A DNA stretch of 64,000 nt from Pseudomonadota bacterium. Lineage in GTDB: Bacteria > Pseudomonadota > Gammaproteobacteria > Pseudomonadales > JADFDG01. Below, one piece after another: positions 1-9,442 of this stretch. The notes beneath the pieces were generated by a model. The model did not search any database, was not told the DNA's origin, and was given only the letters and a program-made list of their open reading frames with translations. Numbering within the stretch: position 1 is the stretch's first letter; every line of letters starts with the position of its first letter. Where the stretch lies: contig JBMOOO010000014.1 in the NCBI GenBank assembly GCA_049324475.1, forward strand, positions 6,986 through 70,985, in the 5' to 3' direction. Both the position numbers and the translations under genes were made by a program.

Positions 1-1470
1 GGCCGGCGTGATTTCATACAGCGCGGTCACGGTCTGGCCTGCGCCCACGTCGCCGGCATCGACCTTGTCATTGTTGAAGTCCTCGCGCGCCAGCATGCGG
101 TTCTCGTAGCCGATCAGCCGGTACTCGCCCACCACCTGCGGGTTGAACTCCACCTGCACCTTCACATCGCTGGCCACGGTCACCAGTGTCGAGCGCACCT
201 GGTCGACCAGTACCTTGCGGCCTTCCTGCAACGTGTCGATGTAGGCGTAGCTGCCGTTGCCGGCGTCGGCCAGTTGCTCCATCAGCTGCTCGTTGTAGTT
301 GCCGGTGCCGAAGCCCAGCGAGGAGAACTGCACGCCGGATTCGCGCTCGCGCTCCACCAGGTCCTTCAAGGCCTCGAAGTCGGTGAGGCCCACGTTGAAG
401 TCGCCGTCGGTGGCGATCAGCACGCGGTTGATGCCGCCCTTGATGTAGCCGTCCTTCGCCATGCGGTAGGCAAGCCGGATGCCGGCCTCGCCGGCGGTGG
501 AGCCGCCGGCGCTCAGGTTGTCGATGGCACGCCGGATCTTCTCGCGCTCGCTGCCGGCAGTCGGCTCCAGCACCACCGCTTCACGGCCGGCATACACCAC
601 CAGCGACACGCGGTCCTGCGTACGCAGCTGGTCCACCAGCAGCTTCAGCGAGGATTTCAGCAGCGGCAGCTTGGCCGGGTCGTCCATGGAGCCGGACACA
701 TCGACCAGGAACACGAGGTTGGCCGCCGGCACCGCTTTCATGTCGACCTGGTCGGCCTTCACCGACACGCGCAGCAGCCAGTGCTGCGGATTCCACGGCG
801 CCGGCGCCAGTTCGGTGCCAACCAGGAACGGATGTTCCCGGGGCGTGCGGGCTTCATGCGCCGCAGGCGCATAGAAAGAGTCGTACGGGAAATAGTTGAT
901 CAGCTCCTCCACGCGCACCGCGTCCTGTGGCGGCAGCTGCCCCTGCGCCAGGAAACGCCGCACGTTGGAATAGCTGCCGGTGTCCACGTCGAGGCTGAAG
1001 GTGGACACCGGTTCATCGGCCACGCGTTTGACCGCGTTGTCATCCCGGTGCTGGTAGCGCTCGGTGTTGGCGGCATTCACCGGCGGCGGCGCGTAGTAAT
1101 CGGCCTCGGCATGGATGGACGGTGCCGCCGGCATGGCCATGACGCCGGCCACGCTCGCCACCGATTTCCGGTGCGCGTATCCGGATGCCGCCATCCGCTG
1201 CGGCGCGGCGAGCCCGGCACCGGCATCGCGACGGGCCAGCTCTTCTTTCGCGGTCACGGGTTTTTGCGCCGGCGCGGGCTGCGCCACCGGCCGCTGTTCC
1301 GGTTCGGCCGTGCTGTCTTCCGGCGGCGCCAGCACGGTATCGATGACGACATCGCCACCGGTTGCCGTACCGGTGGTGCTGTTCTCGTGGGCGCAGGCCG
1401 CCAGGTTCAGGGCCAGGACCAGGGCGGTGAGGCGGACCGGCAGGCGGGTATCGGGGATTCGGCTGTTCAT
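1..1470 (-). CDS. von Willebrand factor type A (VWA) domain lipoprotein, YfbK-like; partial, C-terminus lies outside the window
   Basis: The minus-strand frame is open to the window edge, so it is absent from the supplied track. ATG at 1468-1470. The N-terminus MNSRIPDTRLPVRLTALVLALNLAAC looks like a lipoprotein signal. The translation contains the MIDAS motif LVFLVDVSGSMDD, GGSTAGEAG, and the YfbK-type tail VQVEFNP..VGEYRLIGYENR. Confidence 0.8.
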   Translation of the reverse strand, partial: MNSRIPDTRLPVRLTALVLALNLAACAHENSTTGTATGGDVVIDTVLAPPEDSTAEPEQRPVAQPAPAQKPVTAKEELARRDAGAGLAAPQRMAASGYAHRKSVASVAGVMAMPAAPSIHAEADYYAPPPVNAANTERYQHRDDNAVKRVADEPVSTFSLDVDTGSYSNVRRFLAQGQLPPQDAVRVEELINYFPYDSFYAPAAHEARTPREHPFLVGTELAPAPWNPQHWLLRVSVKADQVDMKAVPAANLVFLVDVSGSMDDPAKLPLLKSSLKLLVDQLRTQDRVSLVVYAGREAVVLEPTAGSEREKIRRAIDNLSAGGSTAGEAGIRLAYRMAKDGYIKGGINRVLIATDGDFNVGLTDFEALKDLVERERESGVQFSSLGFGTGNYNEQLMEQLADAGNGSYAYIDTLQEGRKVLVDQVRSTLVTVASDVKVQVEFNPQVVGEYRLIGYENRMLAREDFNNDKVDAGDVGAGQTVTALYEITPA

Positions 1471-1711
1471 GCGTGGCTCCGTTCTGTGCAGGTTCGGGAA
1501 ATGACCTGTGGTTGCAGGTACGGAGGGGTTAACGAAAGCCGCCGGCCGGTCGGGTTGAATCCGGCAGGAATTTTTTTGACTGCCCGGTCACCCCGGTCTG
1601 GTGGCCACGGCGCACGACCGTTCGGCGCACCGGCCAAAGCTGACTGCAGGGTCGATGCTAAAGTCGGTCGCCTTGCGGCCCTGCCGCCCGCCCTCTCCTG
1701 TCTTTCGCCGG

Positions 1712-2746
1712 ATGGACCTGACGACTCCGATGCTGTCGCGCTGCGTATCTGCCCGTCTCGTCCGCGGCGCCCTGATGCTGGCCGCGCTGCTGGCGGCCGG
1801 TTGTTCGCCCTACAAGTTTGCCGGCGACCAGATCATGAAGCTGGGCAAGAAAGTCATCGTGCCGCACGAGCTGGCCGGTTCCGACCTGGGCATCGGTTGC
1901 CGTGCCGCCACCGCCTGGGCGGCACCGGGCATGGCCTTCGAACGGGTCGGCACCGACGTCAACCAGATGAGCGTGCTGCTGCTGGTCACCGCCGGTGTGT
2001 GCACCGAAGTCGACGCGGTCGAATACGAGCTGGCCTATCTGCGTGCCGCACACGCGCAAAACCCGCTGGCGGCACAGGATGCACGCGCCGAGCAGAAGCG
2101 CGCACACGCACTGGCGGCAAGACGCCAGTACGACGGTTATCTGCGCTTCATGAAGCACTACCGGAATCCGGCCGAAGGCAAATGCCCGAAGCTGCGCACG
2201 GACTTCGACGAGCTGGTGTTCCTGGTCGGGCTGCTCGGCGGCGTGCAGGCGGTGATCAACGACGCCCAGGCCAGCCAGACCGTCAACGTGCCGCGCGACA
2301 TCGCGCCGCTGGTGGGTCACCTGTCCGAGTGCGTGGACAGCGACAAGTGGTGGGATCTGCCGCTGGCGGTGCGCGCGGCCATGTGGAGCATCCTGCCGAT
2401 GCTGGCACCGCCGGATGTCGAACCGGCAAAAATCCTGGAAGAAGTTGCACACCGCGGCGAACGCGAAGGCGTGCGGCTGGGCCATGTGGTGTGGGCGATG
2501 TCGGCCTGGTCCGGCGGCGACAAGGCAACCACGCGGCGGGCGATCCGCGATTTCGCGCAGGCCGGCACGCGCTTCACGCCGAACCAGGAATACCGGATTC
2601 TCGACACCATCGCCGGCGAGATCATGCTGACGATTTCCGATCGCATGTGGACCGAGGCCGTCGGCCACCGCACACCCATGAACGGGCTCGGCACCTTCTG
2701 GGACGATACGCCGGCGATACTGCCGAACGTCGACGACCTGCTGTAA
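1712..2746 (+). CDS. hypothetical lipoprotein
   Basis: In-frame ATG at 1712 within track ORF 1601-2746. The N-terminus MDLTTPMLSRCVSARLVRGALMLAALLAAGCS has a lipobox (LAAGC). Amino-acid composition is normal compared with the antisense shadow ORF 1658-2668. I recognise no family. Confidence 0.6.
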   Translation: MDLTTPMLSRCVSARLVRGALMLAALLAAGCSPYKFAGDQIMKLGKKVIVPHELAGSDLGIGCRAATAWAAPGMAFERVGTDVNQMSVLLLVTAGVCTEVDAVEYELAYLRAAHAQNPLAAQDARAEQKRAHALAARRQYDGYLRFMKHYRNPAEGKCPKLRTDFDELVFLVGLLGGVQAVINDAQASQTVNVPRDIAPLVGHLSECVDSDKWWDLPLAVRAAMWSILPMLAPPDVEPAKILEEVAHRGEREGVRLGHVVWAMSAWSGGDKATTRRAIRDFAQAGTRFTPNQEYRILDTIAGEIMLTISDRMWTEAVGHRTPMNGLGTFWDDTPAILPNVDDLL

Positions 2747-2797
2747 GCGTCCCGTTCAGACACGGCGCATTCACGCACACCCTGCCTGAAGACGCGT

Positions 2798-3811
2798 CTA
2801 CAGCGAATAATCCAGCACGATTTTCCCGAAGTGGCCACCGCGCTGCATCAGCGCCAGCGCGTCTTTCGCCTGATCGAAGCGCAGCCGCTCGCCGATCACC
2901 GGCTTCAGTTTCGCCGCCGCGATTGCACGGTTCATCGCCGTGAAGTCTTCCTGCGAACCCACCGTGATGCCCTTCACCGTCGCATTCATCGCCATGATCT
3001 TCGCGGTCGGGATCACATCGGCAATGCCGGTGAGCACACCGATCATGCTGATGTGCCCGCCGATCTTCAGCGCGTTCAGCGACTGGTTGAACGTCCCCGA
3101 ACCGCCGACTTCCACCACCAGGTCCACGCCTTCGCCACCGGCCAGCTCGCGGGCACGCTTGCCCCATTCCGGCGTGGTCCTGTAGTTGATCACGTGATCG
3201 GCGCCCATCGCCCGGGCACGCGCCAGTTTTTCGTCCGAGCTGGAGGTGATGATCGTTTCCGCACCCAGCAGCTTCGCGAACTGCAGTGCGAACAGCGACA
3301 CGCCGCCGGTGCCCTGCAGCAGCACCCGCTGGCCGGCCTGCACGTTCGCTTCCACGGCCACCGCGCGCCACGCAGTCAGCGCCGCACAGGGCAGCGTTGC
3401 CGCTTCGGCATCGGTGAGATGCGCGGGCACCGGCATCACGCCGTCGGCCGGCAGGATGATGCAGTCGGCCAGGCAGCCGTCGAGATGTTCGCCCGGCACG
3501 TACGCCAGCCGCGCCCGCGTCGGCGCACCGGCCGGCCAGCGCGGGAAGAACGTGCTGCTCACGCGTTCGCCGGTCCGGCGCGCGCTGACGCCCGGGCCGA
3601 CCGCGTCAATGGTGCCGGCCCCGTCCGACAGCGGAATGCACGGCAGCTTCATGCGCGGGTTGGCCATGCCCATCACGGTGGCCAGGTCGTGGAAATTGAG
3701 CGAGGCCGCCGCCAGCTTCACCCGCACCTCGCCGTGCCCGGGTTCGGGCAACGCACGCTCCGCCGGCACCAGGCCGTCGAGGCCGAAACGGGTGAGTTCG
3801 ATGGCTTTCAT
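2798..3811 (-). CDS. zinc-type/MDR-family NAD(P)H-dependent oxidoreductase (quinone oxidoreductase-like alcohol dehydrogenase)
   Basis: 337-aa ORF. It has a GroES-like N-terminus (GEVRVKLAAASLNFHD) and a Rossmann motif (LLQGTGGVSLFALQFAKLLGA). Overall pattern matches the medium-chain dehydrogenase/reductase family. Confidence 0.8.
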   Translation of the reverse strand: MKAIELTRFGLDGLVPAERALPEPGHGEVRVKLAAASLNFHDLATVMGMANPRMKLPCIPLSDGAGTIDAVGPGVSARRTGERVSSTFFPRWPAGAPTRARLAYVPGEHLDGCLADCIILPADGVMPVPAHLTDAEAATLPCAALTAWRAVAVEANVQAGQRVLLQGTGGVSLFALQFAKLLGAETIITSSSDEKLARARAMGADHVINYRTTPEWGKRARELAGGEGVDLVVEVGGSGTFNQSLNALKIGGHISMIGVLTGIADVIPTAKIMAMNATVKGITVGSQEDFTAMNRAIAAAKLKPVIGERLRFDQAKDALALMQRGGHFGKIVLDYSL

Positions 3812-3979
3812 GCGTTTCTCCGTGGTGACGGCCGGGGTGACAGCACAGGTGACCGGGCGGGCGACAGGGTAGTACCAAACCGTGACTGGCTGGTACTGTC
3901 ATCGCCCTTGAGATTTCTCAAGGCCGGCAACCGCGGTCGCCGGCAGACTGCCGATGTCCCCCGATCCGCAGGAGCCGCC

Positions 3980-4861
3980 ATGGCCACCGCCCCGCACGTT
4001 TCCGGACCCGGCACCGCCGAACCGCATTCGGCCGTGACCGTTTCCGGCTACCGCGTTCCCGTCACCTGGTACGGTGCGCCGTCGCCGCACGCGACCCTGC
4101 TGCTGATGGCCGCGCTGGGGGTGGCCGCCCGTTTCTATGCACCGCTGGCCCAGGCCCTGTGCGACGCCGGCCTCAACGTGGCGCTGGTGGAGCAACGCGG
4201 TCACGGCGACAGCGCACTGCGGCCATCACGCGGCACCGATTTCGGATTCCGCGAGGCACTGGTCGAGGACATTCCCGCCGTGATGGATTTCGCCGCTGCA
4301 CGCGCGCCCGGCCTGCCGCTGTACCTGATGGGCCACAGTCTCGGCGGCCACTATTCCGCGATCACCGCCGGCCGTCTGCCGGAGCGCGTGGCCGGTGTGG
4401 TGCTCGCGGCCTGCGGCAGTCCGTGGACGGAAGCCTTTCCGGCGAAAACGCGCCGGCAGATACAGCTGCTGCTGACACTGATTCCGCTCACCGGCTTCCT
4501 GCTCGGCTATTACCCGGGCAACCGCATCGGCTTCGGCGGGCGTGAAGCGCGCACGCTGATGAGGGACTGGGCCACCGCGGCAAAAACCAACGCCTACCGC
4601 GCCACCGGCCTGGACGAGGATCTGGATGCGCAGATCGCGCGCTACGCCGGCCGCGTGCTGTCGCTGCGCATGGCCGACGACGACTTCGCGCCGGAAGCGG
4701 CCATGGCCGCGGTCACCGGCAAGTTCCGCTCGGCGCGGGTAACGAAACAGGTGCTCACCGAAGCCGACATCGGCGACCGCGCCGATCACTTCCGCTGGGC
4801 GCGCACGCCGCAGGCCACGGCGCACGCCGTGGCCGCGTGGACCCGCCGCGCGCCGGACTGA
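3980..4861 (+). CDS. alpha/beta-fold hydrolase
   Basis: In-frame ATG at 3980 inside the artefactually long track ORF 2831-4861. It has the nucleophile elbow LMGHSLGG and HGDS after strand 3. Only the C-terminal 293 codons have protein-like composition. Confidence 0.7.
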   Translation: MATAPHVSGPGTAEPHSAVTVSGYRVPVTWYGAPSPHATLLLMAALGVAARFYAPLAQALCDAGLNVALVEQRGHGDSALRPSRGTDFGFREALVEDIPAVMDFAAARAPGLPLYLMGHSLGGHYSAITAGRLPERVAGVVLAACGSPWTEAFPAKTRRQIQLLLTLIPLTGFLLGYYPGNRIGFGGREARTLMRDWATAAKTNAYRATGLDEDLDAQIARYAGRVLSLRMADDDFAPEAAMAAVTGKFRSARVTKQVLTEADIGDRADHFRWARTPQATAHAVAAWTRRAPD

Positions 4862-5177
4862 CGGTTCGCCGGACTGGCCGGCTGCTGACGCACACCGGGG
4901 CGCGATCCGGTGCCGGCGCCGGTTGGTGCTGCCCCGGGCCGGGCCGGATCTGGCACCATGGCGCCCGTCACTGGCCCCTCATCCGGAGGGGGCACGATGC
5001 CGGGCTGCCGGGCGGGCCGATTGTTACATCTGGTCCGTACGCCCCGGCCACGCCGCCACAGGCCTTGGGTAAACTTGCCGGCCACACCGACACGGGCATG
5101 TTCCCGGCCGGATGGCGGCCGGTTCGCCGCCGGATCACCGCCCGTAACCGCAAACCTGCAAGAGCCTCCCCGATACG

Positions 5178-7700
5178 ATGAAACGCTGGCTGGGCCTCGA
5201 CAGTTTCCTGCTGTTCTTCCTGCGCAAACTGCTGTTCATCTGGGTGCGCACCCACCGTCTGCCACAGGATTTCTCCACCCTGGGCATCGACCCGAAGCGC
5301 CCCGTCGTCTACGCCCTGCAGGACAAGTCGCTGTCGAACCTGCTGGTGGTCGAACACGAATGCCTGAAGCTGGGCCTGCCCCAGCCCTCGCGCACCAGCG
5401 GCATCCGCGGCACGGGCGCCGACCGCGCCTTTTTCTGCCTCACCCGCAACGACGGCCTGTTCTTCGGCCGCTACCGGCTGCCCTACATTTCCCAGCGCAT
5501 CGAACACCTGGTCGCCGCGGTGGAACGCGACAGCACGCTGGACGTGCAGATCGTGCCGGTGTCGGTTTACTGGGGCCGGCGTCCGGATCGCGAGAAATCA
5601 CTGATCCGCATCCTGCTCTCCGACACCTGGTCGGCGTCGGGCATGATCAAGAAAATGTTCATGATCCTGATCAACGGCCGCCAGACCTACATACAGTTCA
5701 GCAAACCGGTGTCGCTGCGCGAACTGGTGGCCGAGCAACTGGGCGAGGAACGCACGTCGCGCAAGCTGGGCCGGGTGCTGCGCGTGCACTTCCGCCGCGA
5801 ACGGGAAGCGATGATCGGCCCGGACCTGTCGCACCGCCGCACGCTGCTGGATGCACTGATCGCCGCACCGGCGGTCAAGGAAGCGATCCAGCAGGACGCG
5901 CGCGAGAAGGACATCACGGTCGAGGAAAGCACCGAGAAAGCCTGGGAGTACGCCAACGAGATCGCCTCCGACTACAGCCACACGGTGATCCGCTTCCTGG
6001 AAGTGGTGCTCACCTGGCTGTGGGAGCGGCTGTATGCCGGCGTCGAGGTCGGCCATGTCGGGCACCTGACCGACGTGGCGAAATCGCACGAGATCGTCTA
6101 CGTGCCCTGCCACCGCTCGCACATCGACTACCTGCTGCTCTCCTACATCATCTACAAGCACGGCATGGTGCCGCCGCACATTGCCGCCGGCATCAACCTG
6201 AACATGCCGGTGGTGGGCCCCATCCTGCGCCGTGGCGGTGCCTTCTTCATGCGCCGCAGCTTCAAGGGCAACCCGCTGTACTCGGCCGTGTTCTACGAAT
6301 ACCTGCACTCGATGTTCGCCCGCGGTTTCGCCGTGGAGTACTTCATCGAGGGCGGCCGCTCGCGCACCGGCCGGCTGCTGCAGCCACGTGCCGGCATGCT
6401 GGCCATGACCGTACGCAGCTTCCTGCGCGACACCAGCAAGCCGATCGCCTTCGTGCCGGTGTACATCGGCTACGAACGCATCCTGGAAAGCGGCTCCTAT
6501 GTGGAAGAGCTGCACGGCAAGCAGAAAAAGAAAGAGTCGCTGGGCGGTTTCTTCGAGACCGTCGCCCGCCTGTTCGGCCGTGCCGAGAAGCTGTCCGACC
6601 GCTTCGGCAAGGTGCACGTCAACTTCGGTGACCCGATCGATCTCGGGCCCTTCCTCGACACTTACGCGCCGGAGTGGCGCGAGGGCGGTTTCAGCGAGGA
6701 AGCCACCGCCTCCTGGCTGCCGCCGGTGGTGGAGAAGCTCGCGCGCACGGTCAACCGCCGCATCAACGACGCCGCCGACGTCAATCCGGTGAACCTGCTG
6801 AGCCTGGCGCTGCTGGCCACGCCCAAGCGGGTGATGGACGAGGATTCGCTGCGTACCCAGCTGGCGCTGTACCAGAAGCTGCTGGCCGATCTGCAGTACG
6901 GGCCGAACATCACCGTGACCGCCATGACGCCGGACGAGATGATCGCGCACGGCGAGAAGATGAAGATCCTGCAGCGCTACCGGCAGCCGCTGGGCGACCT
7001 GCTGTGGCTGGACGACGCCGCCTCGGTGACACTGACCTACTTCCGCAACAACGTGCTGCACCTGTTTGCCCTGCCGTCGCTGGTGGCCAACCTGCTGCTG
7101 CGCAACCGCACACTCAGCCGCGAACAGCTGGTTTCCATGGTCCGGCTGATCAACATCCCGCTGCGCGCGGAGCTGTTCCTGCAGCACGGGCCCCGCTCCG
7201 TGGTGCCCTACATCGACGCCGTGATCGCCGCCATGGAAAAGGCGGGTTTCATCGAGCACACCGAGGACGGGCGCCTGCAGGCACCGGTCACCGACACGCT
7301 GGAACACGCACAGATGAACGTGCTGGCCCAGACCATCCGGGAGACGCTGGAGCGCTACTACATCGTCATCTCGCTGGTGATGACCCATGCCGGCAACATC
7401 GACGAGGAACAGCTGGAGAAACTGTCGCAGCTGGTGGCCCAGCGCATGGCCATCCTCTACACCTTCAACTCGCCGGAGTTCTTCGATGCGCAGGTGATCA
7501 AGCGTTTCATCCGCACCATGAAGCGCGAGCAGCTGTTCGTCACCAATGCCGACGGCCGCATCGAATTCAGCGAGCCGCTGCGGCAGATCGAGGCCGACAC
7601 CCGCCGCATCCTGTCGGCGGAGATCCGCCGCAACATCGCCCAGCACACGAAAGTGGACCCGGCCGCACTGCCGGCCCCGGAAAAGAAAAAACGCAAGTAA
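5178..7700 (+). CDS. plsB: glycerol-3-phosphate 1-O-acyltransferase
   Basis: 840 aa, the size of PlsB. It has the HX4D acyltransferase motif VPCHRSHIDYLLLSY, plus FFMRRSF, VEYFIEGGRSRTGRLL and VPVYIGYE. Confidence 0.93.
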   Translation: MKRWLGLDSFLLFFLRKLLFIWVRTHRLPQDFSTLGIDPKRPVVYALQDKSLSNLLVVEHECLKLGLPQPSRTSGIRGTGADRAFFCLTRNDGLFFGRYRLPYISQRIEHLVAAVERDSTLDVQIVPVSVYWGRRPDREKSLIRILLSDTWSASGMIKKMFMILINGRQTYIQFSKPVSLRELVAEQLGEERTSRKLGRVLRVHFRREREAMIGPDLSHRRTLLDALIAAPAVKEAIQQDAREKDITVEESTEKAWEYANEIASDYSHTVIRFLEVVLTWLWERLYAGVEVGHVGHLTDVAKSHEIVYVPCHRSHIDYLLLSYIIYKHGMVPPHIAAGINLNMPVVGPILRRGGAFFMRRSFKGNPLYSAVFYEYLHSMFARGFAVEYFIEGGRSRTGRLLQPRAGMLAMTVRSFLRDTSKPIAFVPVYIGYERILESGSYVEELHGKQKKKESLGGFFETVARLFGRAEKLSDRFGKVHVNFGDPIDLGPFLDTYAPEWREGGFSEEATASWLPPVVEKLARTVNRRINDAADVNPVNLLSLALLATPKRVMDEDSLRTQLALYQKLLADLQYGPNITVTAMTPDEMIAHGEKMKILQRYRQPLGDLLWLDDAASVTLTYFRNNVLHLFALPSLVANLLLRNRTLSREQLVSMVRLINIPLRAELFLQHGPRSVVPYIDAVIAAMEKAGFIEHTEDGRLQAPVTDTLEHAQMNVLAQTIRETLERYYIVISLVMTHAGNIDEEQLEKLSQLVAQRMAILYTFNSPEFFDAQVIKRFIRTMKREQLFVTNADGRIEFSEPLRQIEADTRRILSAEIRRNIAQHTKVDPAALPAPEKKKRK

Positions 7701-7722
7701 GACCGACCTCCAGGAAGCCCCC

Positions 7723-8133
7723 ATGCGCACCGACGCCGAACGACTCAACCCGGAAATCGCCGCCCATGTGGCGGCCAACCGCTGGCTGTACTCGGCCGTG
7801 ATCTACTTCGTGATCGCGGTCGGGCTCGGCGTGTTCATGGGTGCCAGCCACGACCACCGCCTGGCGGGCGTGCATGTGCACCTGAACCTGCTGGGCTGGG
7901 TATCCATGGCGCTGACCGGTTTCCTGTACCGCGCCTGGCCGCGTGCGGCGGTATCCCGGCTGGCACGCGTGCACTTCTGGCTGTACAGCCTGGCACTGCC
8001 GCCGATGATGGTGGCGCTGGGCCTGTACCTCACCGGCACCGCCGCGGCCGAACCGGTGCTGGGCATCTGCTCGGTGCTGGTGTTTGTCGCCGTGCTGCTG
8101 TTCGCGATCAACGTCGCCCGCCACTCCCGCTGA
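7723..8133 (+). CDS. small 4-TM membrane protein with conserved His cluster (paralog A)
   Basis: In-frame ATG at 7723, 22 nt after the plsB stop. There are four hydrophobic helices. The motif LGVFMGASHDHRLAGVHVHLNLLGWVS is shared almost verbatim with the protein at 9002-9436. Confidence 0.7.
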   Translation: MRTDAERLNPEIAAHVAANRWLYSAVIYFVIAVGLGVFMGASHDHRLAGVHVHLNLLGWVSMALTGFLYRAWPRAAVSRLARVHFWLYSLALPPMMVALGLYLTGTAAAEPVLGICSVLVFVAVLLFAINVARHSR

Positions 8134-8252
8134 AAACCGCACCTTAGGGAACATTTAGGGTTTCCTTAGCGGACTTTTGGCAACGCCCCGGCCGCACACC
8201 GGCCAGCATCTCCGGCATCCCGCTGCACCGCGGCGGAATTGCCGGAGTTGCC

Positions 8253-8960
8253 ATGTCCGCCCCGCTGCAGCGCGTCGATCTCTACACCCTGGTCCACAAG
8301 GGGCTGCGCGCCCGCCTCTGCAACCTGCTGGTGGCCGCCGGCCGCCTCGACCACAGCAGTGACGCCGCCGTGGCCCTGCTGCTGGCCGACCTGCGGGAAA
8401 CGCTCGCCCTGCTCGCCCGCCACGCCGGACTGGAAGACCGGCACGTGCACACCGCCATGGAACGGCGACGCCCCGGCACCCGCCATGCCTGCGCCCGGGA
8501 ACACGCCGTGCACCGGCGCGATCTCGAGGAACTGCTGACCCTGGCACTGCGTCTGGAACACCTGCCGGCACTGCGCCGGCAGGTGGCCGCCACGGAGCTC
8601 TACCAGGTGCTGGCCCGCACGGTTGCGCACCAGCTGGAACATCTGGCGCTGGAGGAAAGCGTCAACAACCGCGTGCTGTGGGACGCTTTCTCCGACGACG
8701 AGCTCCGCGCCATCGAACAGGCAATGGCCGCGGAACTGACACCGGACGAACACAGCATTTTTCTACGCACCCTGCTGCCGCATGTGACGCCGGCAGAACG
8801 CACCCGGCTGCTGTCCGGCATGCGGACCGGCATGCCCGCGGAGGCCTTCGCCGGCGTGCTGACGCTCGCGGCCCGCCTGCTGCCCGGCGACGACATGCGC
8901 AACCTCGAATCCGCGCTCGGCATCGAGCGCAGACCGGCCGACTACGTCGGCCTCGCCTGA
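8253..8960 (+). CDS. hemerythrin-like (HHE cation-binding) domain protein
   Basis: 235 aa with high GC3. The His/Glu spacing is typical of hemerythrin-like four-helix bundles: LVHKGLRARL, HAGLEDRHVHTAME, REHAVHRRDLEEL and HQLEHLALEE. Confidence 0.65.
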   Translation: MSAPLQRVDLYTLVHKGLRARLCNLLVAAGRLDHSSDAAVALLLADLRETLALLARHAGLEDRHVHTAMERRRPGTRHACAREHAVHRRDLEELLTLALRLEHLPALRRQVAATELYQVLARTVAHQLEHLALEESVNNRVLWDAFSDDELRAIEQAMAAELTPDEHSIFLRTLLPHVTPAERTRLLSGMRTGMPAEAFAGVLTLAARLLPGDDMRNLESALGIERRPADYVGLA

Positions 8961-9001
8961 CGCGAACGCAAACCCTGTCCACCTTTCCGGGAGAAAACAC
9001 C

Positions 9002-9436
9002 ATGCAGAACGTACTCGCCGCCGGCACGATGCCGGCCCAGCACGACACCGCCCAGACCAGTGCACGCGCCGCCACACGGCGCTGGCTGAAGGTCTCCATC
9101 CTCTGGTTCGTGCTCGCCGTCAGCCTCGGCGTGTTCATGGGCGCCAGTCACGATCACCGGTTGATGGGCGTGCACGTGCACATCAACATGCTGGGCTGGG
9201 TGTCGCCGGCGCTGTTCGCCTTCGCGTACCAGTTCTTCCCCGCAGCCGCCACCACCCGGCTGGCCGGCGTGCAGTTCTGGCTGCACAACATCACGCTGCC
9301 GGTGATGATGGTCGCGCTCGCGTTCGTGCTGCTCGGGCACGAGGCGGAAGCCGGCCCGGTGCTGGGCATGACGTCGATGCTGATGTGGGCCAGCGTGCTG
9401 ATGTTCGCCTTCAACGTGCTGCGCCAGCGCGACTGA
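9002..9436 (+). CDS. small 4-TM membrane protein with conserved His cluster (paralog B)
   Basis: In-frame ATG at 9002 preceded by GGAGA. There are four TM helices. The motif LGVFMGASHDHRLMGVHVHINMLGWVS and later blocks (RLAGVQFWL, LPVMMVALA, PVLG, FAFNV) align with 7723-8133. Confidence 0.7.
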   Translation: MQNVLAAGTMPAQHDTAQTSARAATRRWLKVSILWFVLAVSLGVFMGASHDHRLMGVHVHINMLGWVSPALFAFAYQFFPAAATTRLAGVQFWLHNITLPVMMVALAFVLLGHEAEAGPVLGMTSMLMWASVLMFAFNVLRQRD

Positions 9437-9442
9437 GCCGGC

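Noticed and set aside
274-2943. 889-aa + strand ORF, the longest in the first 3 kb.
   Set aside because: Its composition is extremely Arg/Gly/Ala/His-rich and low in complexity. It runs antisense to a VWA gene with clear motifs (DVSGSM) and out of frame across the lipoprotein gene. This is a typical high-GC shadow ORF.
2831-4861. 676-aa + strand ORF.
   Set aside because: The first 383 codons are antisense to the MDR oxidoreductase gene. A real alpha/beta hydrolase starts at the internal ATG at 3980.
5598-7778. 726-aa minus-strand ORF, plus the + strand ORFs 4910-6631 and 6674-7801.
   Set aside because: All overlap plsB, whose translation carries unmistakable PlsB motifs. The competitors are Arg/Gly/Pro-rich with no motifs.
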